This document shows positions 53,913 to 64,000 of a stretch of 64,000 bases of DNA, one piece after another (the stretch's first letter is position 1; the number at the start of each line of letters is the position of its first letter). The notes beneath the pieces were generated by a model. The model was not told the DNA's origin. It ran no database searches and was given only the letters and a program-made list of their open reading frames with translations. Made by a program: the position numbers and the translations under genes. This stretch comes from Eledone cirrhosa (Eukaryota). Location of the stretch: positions 47,926,001-47,990,000 of the forward strand of contig OZ024751.1 in NCBI GenBank assembly GCA_964016885.1. The letters are read 5' to 3'.

Positions 53913-55019
53913 ATTCATTTGCAATTTTCATTGTGCAGCTTATTCTACAACTGCAGCTGTGAGCAGGGCCGTTACGGAAACAGTTGTTATGTAATAAACA
54001 AATCAGAGTAGTATTTGATGTGTGTTAAAAAGCAAAGTGTGGTGAGGTAGAATCACAACAACAAGCCCTGCACTTTCAGCATATGGGAAAAGACACAAAC
54101 TGCAGGGCTCAGGGTCACAATTCTCCCTTTCCAATATATGCACACACACTTTTATATATTCTTTTGTGTGTATATTTCACTATGCATGTATATAAATACA
54201 TGGTTAATTTGCTCAAATTAGTCCGACTCAAACCATGCAAGCCATCACAATCTCACACAGCATTTGGGAAGTCAGCAGACTAACACCCTGTGTCTGTACA
54301 CACACACACACAAATACATACATACATACATACATATATATAACAGTTATCAGTATCACTTGACCATTGCAATGCAATGAAATATATTCTAAAAAAATAT
54401 ATATCTTATCTCAATTTACTTTATTTTATTTTATTTTATTTTATTTCATTTCATTTTATTTAATTTCATTTATTTAATTTTATTTAATTATATCTTATAT
54501 TATATTATTTTATTTTAGTTTATTTTATTTTATTTTATTTTATTTTACTGTATTTTATTTTATCTTATTTTATTATTATATTATATTATATTTTATTTTA
54601 TATAATTTTAATTTTAAATTTATTTTATTTTATTTTATTTCATTCCTTACCCTGTATCACTATTATCTGTATATTTTATATGTATGTTTTTTTATATTTT
54701 CTTATATATATTATATGTCTATTTTTTACCTATTTTTCACCTATTTTTTATCTATTCTTACCTACTCCTATCTATCTTATCTATTCTTGTCTGTTCTCTT
54801 ATCCATGTGTATGCTGGTATGTAACTATATGTTGACAGCACCCCGCCCAACTTTGACTGATAGCACCCCTTATTTTTCAATTATTTTTCAATGTTTATTT
54901 TTCAATGTTTATTTTTATTTTTACTTCCTCAATATTTTTTATCTATTATTATTTTTTATTCTTTATTTCTTCAATGTCTTGGATTTGTTATTGCTTGTGT
55001 GATATGTAATCAACCTTTA

Positions 55020-55065
55020 TGCTCTGATGAGTCCCACTTATAGTGCGGATGAAACAATGTTAGCA
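55020..55065 (+). ncRNA. Minimal type I hammerhead ribozyme
   Basis: TGCT-CTGATGA-GTCCCACT(tat)AGTGcGGAT-GAAAC(aat)GTT-AGCA. Confidence 0.75.
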
Positions 55066-55355
55066 AGTAAAGATATGCATATGCTATAGGCGTTCTTTGT
55101 TATTGATTATATCACGGCTCTGTCCTCAGACATCGAGCTAACCTTATACTGCCTGTTGGATAAGTGGAGTGTTATACACCCCTGATCCTCTCCCTAATAT
55201 ACATACATATATATATATACATACATACATACATGCATACACAAATATATATATATATATATATATATGCAAAAGTTCTATTTAAAATTGTTGGGATACA
55301 ACAAGTAAATATTTTTATAACTGATATAAAGCACTCGACAAGTATTTGGAGTAGA

Positions 55356-55660
55356 TATACGATATTAATAAATGGAAACTATATTTATAAAACCATATTT
55401 ATTTCATTATACATATTTCAGGGATACCAAATTAAATTATGGTATGCCTTCATCAGACAAAATACAATACACTATCCGGATGACTTCCAAAAACAATGGT
55501 TGCATTTTAATAGGGTACGTCAAAGATTATTTGTAAAACTGTTATATATTGTATTTTGTCTGATGAAGGCATACCATAATTTAATTTGGTATCCCTGAAA
55601 TATGTATAATGAAATAAATATGGTTTTATAAATATAGTTTCCATTTATTAATATCGTATA
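55356..55660. repeat. Inverted repeat, 114-bp arms, 77-bp spacer, HHR in each arm
   Basis: 55356-55469 vs 55547-55660, ending in (TA)n. Confidence 0.93.
55552..55616 (+). ncRNA. Type I hammerhead ribozyme (inverted copy at 55400-55464)
   Basis: TATTTTGT-CTGATGA-AGGcATACCA...TGGTATcCCT-GAAATATGTATA-ATGAAATA, overlapping AATAAA, with (TA)n downstream. Confidence 0.75.
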
Positions 55661-56024
55661 TATATATATATATATATATATATTTTTGCACTACATTCAG
55701 TCATAAAGTTTTTATTTTGATTATCTAGCAAAATATCTGCAGATATCTAATTATTGAAGCATCTGGAGATATTTAATTGTTTACATATATTACAATGAAC
55801 ATAACAACAACAAAGATGTTTGTCCTGGATGGCGACCCCATGTATAACAATATCCATAACACTGGCAACAACACCAACAACAACTACAACACTGACAACA
55901 ACAGCAGCAGTGATAACAACAACAGGACAGCACCAGAACAGGAATTCAATTTTAACTGAGTTTTCGACCATGCGTGTAGCCATCTTCAGAACACTGAATA
56001 GAGAAAGTGTTAGAAGCAATTTAC

Positions 56025-56330
56025 AATTATTGCTTGGATAGGGAGCAGTGTTTTGTATTTTGTATGTGTTTAGAAGGGGGAGTAACTGTTGTATTGTATA
56101 GACGTTTAAAGGGAGCAGTGATTATTGCATCATATGCATATTTAGAGGGAATAGTCATTGTTCTATTATATAGCAGTTTAGAGGGAGCAGTAATTTACTG
56201 CATAGGTGTTTAGTGGGAGCAATAATTTTTCGGTGTAGGTGTTTAGAGGGAAAAGTAAGTGTTGTATTCTGTAGGTGTTTAGAGGGAAAAGTAATTGTAT
56301 TTTGTAGGTGTTTAACAAAAGCAATAAATT
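56025..56330. repeat. Diverged ~34-bp minisatellite
   Basis: tttagagggagcagta.ttgtatt..gtaggtg recurs. Confidence 0.8.
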
Positions 56331-57206
56331 TCCAAAAATATACACATACAGATGTGCTTCTAAACACACAAAAAACACATACATACATATATGTGCACAC
56401 ACATACACACGCACACACAGATTTATGTTAAAGCAAGAAGAAAAACAATGTTGAATGCAATGAAAAATACTAATAAATGTTAGAAATCTGTAAATAGAAA
56501 GGGATTAGAGACGGATAGACAGACAGACAGACAGACACAGAGACACACAGACACAGAGACACACACAAACACAGTCTGACGCACAAACATATATTATAAT
56601 ATATCAGTACATATCCACAAGTGGAAAATGGTGAAGACATACATATAGATAGATTTACCTGACATGGATATATATATATATATATATATCATCATCTTCG
56701 TTTAATGTCTATCTTCCATGCTAGCATGGGTTAGACGGATTTGACCGACTTGAGGCAAGATTGGTCGGGTGACTGTGTCTCACTCATTATATACATATAT
56801 ATTATTAATAGAAAAAAGAAAGTCCTACAGCTAATCCATAGCTGACTGTAGACAACCTTACAATAAAAAAACACCTTGGTGCCAATCTGCCGTAGTTAGT
56901 TCCAATTACCAAAGAACTCTTAATACTTATCATGGAAATTAATAAAACATTTCTATACCGGTCACTGACCACACCTCAAAAAAATAGAAAATTAAAAAAA
57001 AACAAAAAACAATGAAGCCATCTTTGTTTTCGACCAACAACTATATCTAATGGAGGAGAGGTATGGTGGAGGTACATTCAGCCAAGGTGGGAGAACATAG
57101 AAGTGTTTTGAATTTATTTTCATTTAAACATTTTTTTCTGATGGCTGTAGGGAGAGTGCAATTCTGCAGTGCTTTTTACTTTTGCAGTGCTTTTGCAAGA
57201 GCTTAC

Positions 57207-57290
57207 CAGGCCTATTCCGTGTAGGGCTTCGTAAAGGGCTGCTGGTTGCAGATGAGTACCCTCCAAAATCTCCCATACCGTCGAGTACAA
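57207..57290 (-). CDS. endoA: Candidate endophilin-A cassette exon, 84 nt, phase 1-1
   Basis: ttttattttcttcttgtcacattgtggcaccAG|TT GTA CTC...AGG CCT G|GTAAGC. Open frame (V)VLDGMGDFGGYSSATSSPLRSPTRNRP, an island of complex sequence in repeat DNA, paralogous to 51357-51431. Confidence 0.7.
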
Positions 57291-57646
57291 CTGGTGCCAC
57301 AATGTGACAAGAAGAAAATAAAATGTACATATTTATATATGTGTGTATAATGTGTGCATGTCTATGAGTGTGATTATATGTGTATGATTATATATATGTG
57401 TGTGTGTGTATATATATATATATGGAATTTATCAAAGTCTTAGTTGAATGAAAGCAACAGGAGTTGACATAGGAATTAGCTCAATCAAGATTCAGATAGA
57501 TAGATATTTGTATATGGAAAAGTGAACATAAAAAACGATAATATTGAAAGTAACTTATATTTCAAAGCTTTAATGAAAGTGTTTTGACTAAGAAAAACAG
57601 CCTAACAAGTTAGACATACAAGCCACTGGTGATAGTAAAATGTGGA

Positions 57647-57789
57647 CAGGCATGGGCAAAGTTTTTCAAGCCATGGGCCCATAGAAAGTATCTCATCATA
57701 TGGTGGGCCGCACTACTAAAAAATTCAAGGCAGTTTTGAAATTAGACGTGCCATTCAGAAAGCCATGGGCCACAGTTTGCCCATGACTG
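57647..57789. mobile_element. hAT-like MITE
   Basis: TIRs CAGGCATGGGCAAA ... TTTGCCCATGACTG with internal GGGCC motifs. TSD not recognisable. Confidence 0.6.
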
Positions 57790-58346
57790 CTTTAAGACCA
57801 CTGGGAGAGTTGGATGCCCTAGCTCTAGTTAGAACATCCTGGGACATGGAAAACCCCAAACTCCAACCCCACTGTTTTTGGTAAGAACAGGTCTCCCACT
57901 ATCAGAGCAGATAGTCTCACAGACTTGTGAATGCTGGGATAGTAAAATAACAAGAGAAGCATGGAAGTAAAGGAAAGGAGCTGTTCATGAAATCAGACCA
58001 ACTAACAGACAACTGTCTGCTGATTGTAACACTTAGTAGAAGAGCTAGACTGAATGAATTATCCCCCTTAGATACGGCGTCAACAGTCTTTTGATCAACA
58101 AATTACACACACACTTGCCAATACATATATACATATACTTATCTATACAGAATCATGCATACATACACACACACACAGACATGTACATAAATACATACAC
58201 ACACACACATACATATACAATAGGGTCTGACATATGTAATGTAGTGAGTTGAAATATTAGACAGAACCTCCTTGAAATGGTGTTGGAAATTCTAAAAACA
58301 GCAAGCAAGGAAGTTAGCTTCTCTGAAAGTTTTGGAAAATATATAT

Positions 58347-59600
58347 AATTGTTTCTACTTTTGGCACAAGGCCAGCAATTACCCCAGTGCCTTACTGGTA
58401 CTTTATTTTATCGAACCCCGTAAGGATGAAAGGCAAACTTAATCTTGGCGGGATTTGAACGCAGAACGTAAACTAGGGTCGTAACTCTATGCTGCAAAGC
58501 ATGGTGTCCAACACTCTACAAGTACTGCCAATCCACCACCCAAATACACAGATACACGCATATGCACACACAACCCCTACAGACCCCACCTCCTCACACA
58601 CAACCATTTCACCATCATTTAACACCCATTTTCCCTGCTCACAAAGGTTGGACAGGACGTCACAAACCTTGTCAGTATTTAACCTGGTGTTACTGATCTC
58701 TTGAGCATCTCACTCACTCACACGTTCCCCACACTCTACAGAGCGTACTGGGTGCTTTATACTTCCACAGTATAACACCAACAACTCACCACACCTTCTC
58801 AATGCAGAGATATGCTGACAGCAGCATATCTGTTTAAGTTTTGCTGACTACACAGACAAGGAGGTTCTAAAACACACCAGGTCTCCTTAAATAACCATCA
58901 CAGACTTCATATTAATTGTAGTAGATATTATTCTAGGATACAATTGTTTCTACTTTTGGCACAAAGCCAGCAATTACTCACTACATTACTGGTACTTTAT
59001 TTTATCGACCCTGTAAGGATGAAAAGCAAAGTTAACCTCGGAGGGATTTGAACTCAAACTGTAAAGGGACGTAACTATGCTGGAAATACCTGGCAGTCAA
59101 GCTTAAACAATTTCAATGGCTACAAATTGGTTGCCTTTGTAACAGTTTAACCCTTTAGTTACCAACCTAGCCAAAACCGGCTCTGATTCTATGAAACAAA
59201 ACCGTCCCTTTTAAACGTTTCCAATTTAAATTAAAATCTACCAACATAAATCTATATAAGAACCTTACATTAAGTTACAATCTAAGTAATGAAATAATTA
59301 ATAATTTTAGCAAATCCCTCGAAATTCTTCATAGAGTATATTTAATTAGAAATGCAGTCATGAAAGAATTAAGCTTGACCACCAGGCATTATATCCTACA
59401 ATAATAAAAATAATGATTAAGGAAGAAGCCCAACAATTTTGGGGTAGGGGGAAAGTTGATTAAATCAACTCCAGTGTATTACTGGTGCTTTATTTCCTAT
59501 AAGGATGAAAGGCAAAGCTAACCAAATCAGGATTTGAATTCAGAATGTAAATGACATAACTCTATGCTGCAAAGCATGTAGTCTGATACACTGCCAGTCT
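58347..59600 (-). mobile_element. Three family-A SINEs
   Basis: Copies at about 58347-58541, 58941-59100 and 59413-59600. Confidence 0.8.
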
Positions 59601-59636
59601 GTCTTAATAATTATAATTATATATATATATATATAT

Positions 59637-62205
59637 CATCATCATCATCATCATCACCGTTTTACGTCCGTTCTTCCACGCTAGCATGGGTTAGACGGGT
59701 TGTCCTGTTGTGGGCAGTGTCTGGTCGGCTGACCATGCCTTGCTCATACAGGAACTGATCTGGCTTGATTTCTACAGCTGGATGCCCTTCCTAACACCAA
59801 CCTCATTTACAGTGAGTGCTGGGTGCTTTTTCGTGGCGCCTACACGTCCACTTTACAGTGTGGGCTGGGTGCTTTTTTGCCGTGGCACCTCCACGACCAC
59901 CTTGCGGTGGGGGGGGGGGGGGGCATATTGTTTATATGCTTCAGCATGTACCCATGGGAGGTCGGGTACCCTGTATTACTGCGTGACGCCAGAAGTTACG
60001 GTCGTGTGTCATTGACTTTGAGAGGTGTAGTTGGGTAAGGTCGGCTTTTATCACCTCATCCCAAGTCATCTTGGGTCTCCCCACTCCGCGGTTTCCATCA
60101 ACTTCTAGTGCTCTGCACCTTTTTATGCAGCTGTCATCCTTCATACGCATCACATGTCCATACCAGCGTAACCGCCTCTCCTGCACGCAGCATTTGATTC
60201 CTCTTATGCTCAGTCTCTCTCTCAATTCATTTATGCTTTGTCGTTCACGTATATTACTGTTACACATCCATCGGAGCATGCAGGCTTCGTTTCTCTCTAA
60301 TCTACGTAAGTCTTCCACCTTCAGCGCCCAGGTCTCACTACCATGCAACATCGCTGTTCGGATACACGCATCATACAGTCTGCCTTTCATTCTGAGGGAG
60401 AAGCCTTTTGCAGCTAGCAGTGGTAGTAGTTCCCTAAACTTCTTCCATCCCGTTCTTACCCTAGTTATTGTACTTTCTGAGCACCCACCTCCGTTGCTAA
60501 TTCGGTCACCTAGGTAGCAGAAGCTGTCTACTGTTTCTACAGGGCCCTCCCAGAGATTGGTGGTACTTGTTTCCTGTGGCTGTTTGCTTGCTGTTTCAGC
60601 ACAGCTGCTGCATGTGAATCCTACATTCTTAATTAAGCTTCCTGAGATCCCGCTACATCTCTTGTGTACCCATTGTTTGCATTTGGGGCAAAGAATGGAG
60701 TTCCTACCTACACCTTTCCTACATACTGAGCAAGGCCATTTCCCTGAGGGGATCTGGGTTCTGTTTTCTCGTCTACTTATAAGGACCTTAGTCTTTGTCA
60801 TGTTGACTTTGAGGCCCTTTCTCTCTAGTCCCTGCTTCCAGGTTTGGAATTTATTCTCTAGTTCTACCATAGATTCAGCTATGAGTGCGAGGTCATCAGC
60901 ATACAGGAGTTCCCATGGGCATCCGGTCTTAAACTCCTCCGTTATTGCCTGCAGGACTATGATGAACAGGAGAGGGCTAAGAACAGAGCCCTGGTGGACC
61001 CCAACCTGTACGCTAAATTCCTCGCTATACTCATTGCCAATCCTAACTTTGCTGACTGCTCCCCTATACATGGCTTGTACCGCTTTCACAAGCCATTCAT
61101 CTACTCCTAGTTTTCTAAGAGCCCACCAGATTACTGCACGTGGAACTCTGTCAAAGGCTTTCTCAAGGTCGACAAATGCCAAGTAGAGTGGCTTACTTTT
61201 AGCTAGGTACTTTTCCTGTAATTGCCTCACAAGGAAGAGCGCATCAGTGGTGCCTTTCCCTGGAACAAACCCAAATTGCATCTCGTCTATATTCACCCGG
61301 TCCCTAATCAGCTGTGCTATAACTCTTTCTGTTACTTTCATGACCTGGTCCATCAACTTTATACCTCTATAGTTTCCTCTATCTAGTGCATCGCCTTTAC
61401 CTTTGTAGCAGTTGACAATGATGCTACTGCACCAATCTTTTGGTATGGCCCCCTCTAGTATTACCTGGTTAACGATACGTGTGGTTATAGTGTGACCTAC
61501 AGACCCAGATGCCTTCAGCATCTCGGCAGCTATACCCGATGGACCGGTTGCCTTCCCTATCTTCATATCTCTGATTGCCTTACTTACTACGCTGCCGCTG
61601 ACTTGTACTGCTGGTCCCTCTATAGGGTCTACGTGGGGTAGGGTCTCTTCTTCCCATGCATTCTCCTCATTTAGTAATCTATCATAATGACTCTTCCATG
61701 CATCTTTCTTCTCAGCACTTGTGAGGGCAAGCTCACCTTTATCATTCCGGATACACTTCTCTCCAATGACATCACAACTATCTCTGACACACTGCCTCGC
61801 AATCTTGAATACCTCCTGTTTCTGGTCCTCACGTTGTAAAACATGCTTGAATTTTCTATCCTCTGCTTCCCTCCTAGCTAAGTATACTTGTCGCCTAGCT
61901 TCCCTCTTGGTCTCTATGTAATGTACCCTGCTCCCCCCGTTCTTCCATTCTTTCCATGCCTGTCTCTTGGCCTTGACTGCTTCATCTACCTTATTGTTCC
62001 ACCACCAAGTCACTCTCCTCCTGCTTGAGGTCTTACTCCAGCCACAAACCTCATCCGTCGCCTCTAGTAAGTTATTTTTTAGGAACTCCCAGTTCTCTTC
62101 TACGTTAAATGTCTCTATCTGTTCTTCTTTACTGTCGTAGGCGTTGAGTAAAATATCTTTAAATCTGTTACTGGTTGAGGGGACTTTCAGCTTCCAGATC
62201 TTTCT
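59637..62205 (-). mobile_element. RTE-clade LINE, 5'-truncated, with intact RT, internal PHD-like finger, 3' UTR and (GAT)n tail
   Basis: Open frame 59941-62200 with NYRGIKL, QFGF, FVDLEKAFD, GVHQGSVLSPLLF, LYADD, CSVC..C..C..WVHKRC..CSSC, RRLRWYGHV. No endonuclease domain in the copy. Confidence 0.95.
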
Positions 62206-62919
62206 TATATATATCATCATCACCGTTTTACGTCCGTTCTTCCACGCTAGCATGGGTTAGACGTGTATATATATATATATATATGCAAAGGTGTGGGTGC
62301 ATATAAATATGCTTGTATATGTATATATGAATGTATGCATTGTATGCATATAGAAATATTCACACCAAAAAATATATATAAACATATTTTTACACAAACA
62401 TACAAATATGAATAAACGTGTGTATGTATATATACATACATGAGTGGAAGAAGGGGGAACTAGTAGCAACAGTCAACAGTTAATTTGTCACTTAATCTGC
62501 TCTCTAAATCAATGTGTGTGTGTGTGTGTGTGTGCATATGTTTATGTTTGAGTCTGTAACCTTGTGTACACGTCTGTGTGTACATGTTTGTCTTCGCATG
62601 TGCGTGTATATGCCTTTGTGTCTGTGTGTGTAGGTATGTGTGTTGTGTGAGTATGGGTGAATGTTGTGTGTCTGCGCTGTGTTGTATGTATGCGCGTATA
62701 TGTTCGTTTGTGTATACGTATGTATGTATGTATGTATGCATGTATGTGTATATGTACATGTGACCCAGATCAGACACATGTTTCAGATATATCCAATAAC
62801 ATCCTAACCCTCACCCAGAGAAGAAGACGTGTCAATGTTACAGTCTGCAGAGTTTCAAACCAAATAACCACATTTCTAGCTGATAATAAACAGAACTTGG
62901 TAGCCAAGTGGTTCAGAGT

Positions 62920-63450
62920 TGGATCCAACCCTGGGATACCATAGCAGCTGGGGTCCATCCTAAGACTCCTTGCAACATCATAGTATTTTGGGAACCATCG
63001 CAAGATCCTTGTAACACCATAACATTTGGGGTCCATTTTAAGACCCTTGCGAGACCATATCATCTGAGAGTCATCCCAAGACCCCTTCCAGTGTCATAGC
63101 ATCTGAATTCCATCCCCAAACCCCTTGAGATACCATATTATCTGTGGATCATCCCAAAACCCCTTGCGACACCATATAACCTGGGATCATCCCAAGACCT
63201 CTTGCGACACCATATTATCTGTGGATCATCCCAAGACCCCTTGCGACACCATATTATCTGTGGATCATCCCAAAACCCCTTGCGACACCATATAACCTGG
63301 GATCATCCCAAGACCCCTTGAGACACCATATTATCTGTGGATCATCGCAAGACCCCTTGCGACAGCATATTATCTGTGGATCATCCCAAGACCCCTTGCG
63401 ACACCATATAACCTGGGATCATCCCAAGACCTCTTGCGACACCATATCAT
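62920..63450. repeat. 38-39-bp minisatellite
   Basis: Unit atcatcccaagaccccttgcgacaccatattatctgtgg, more diverged at the left end. Confidence 0.92.
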
Positions 63451-64000
63451 GTGAAGTCATCAAAATATAAAGAAGGGGCAAAACAAATACTGCAAGGCAT
63501 TTTATTAGACAGATGACTTCTAATTTAAGTTACAAGGTAAACCACAATGTGTTGCCGGAATGGACAGGAGGAGGGGCAGGAGCAGTCATTGAAAATCAAA
63601 TTCTCAGTAGATGATTGGTATTTGAAATATTGATACTTATTGATTTAATACTCAATTATCATCAATTCAAGTTGCCAAGACAGAGTAGATAGAGACACGG
63701 GAATTGTCAGGAGAGACAGACAGACAGATGTACAGTAGATAGATTGACAGACAGACAGAAATAAATGAAGAATTGAATATATATATATATATATAGTATT
63801 GAATCGTCGTGGATTATGTGAGGGGCATATAATCTAGACATTACGCTCTCCGGACTGTGAAAATGGTGTTGTACACGAAAACCATAACATCGCTTTGCTA
63901 CACATTTCTAATATTTTTAATATTTATAATATTTCTCTACACACAAGCTTCTATAACATTCATATAAAAGATACATTACCAATACAACCCCCTTAATACT

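Noticed and set aside
55945-56020. Strong minus-strand acceptor (ttctaac...ctctattcAG) as another cassette exon
   Set aside because: Immediate stop in phase 1 and no good donor. The sequence looks more like a degenerate hammerhead (CTGAAGA..GAAA).
62200-62253. N-terminus and start codon of the 770-aa RTE ORF
   Set aside because: MLAWKNGRKTVMM comes from the adjacent tail copy. The element is 5'-truncated.
62815-62880. AG...GTGAG-bounded 65-nt segment
   Set aside because: Not frame-preserving and no similarity to endophilin.

Overview
Eukaryotic, AT-rich, microsatellite-saturated genomic DNA, most likely a coleoid cephalopod (Octopus-like; inferred from the repeat landscape and SINE style, not verified). 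Almost all ORFs in the supplied track are simple-repeat artefacts. The window holds the 3' half of one minus-strand host gene, endophilin-A (N-BAR + SH3). Four phase-consistent constitutive exons (20458-20558, 18932-19035, 11722-11897, 10363-10556) were reconstructed; the 5' exons were not found and probably lie beyond 64000. The >43 kb region upstream of 20558 maps to the BAR-domain tip loop and contains a series of candidate symmetric phase-1 cassette exons and microexons (84, 75, 21/12, 6 and 6 nt). The 84- and 75-nt exons are paralogous and encode SPL[RK]SP[TS]R. The introns carry LINEs (a near-intact CR1/L2-group element whose ATG-less ORF2 sits behind a -1 slippery site, Tx1/L1-like, RTE, CR1 fragments), about 25 co-oriented tRNA-derived SINEs, MITEs and many satellites. 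They also carry a set of (TA)n-embedded fold-back elements with type I hammerhead ribozyme motifs, including a 466-nt tandem retrozyme/Penelope-like unit. All exon and ribozyme calls were read by eye and need RNA-seq or covariance-model confirmation.
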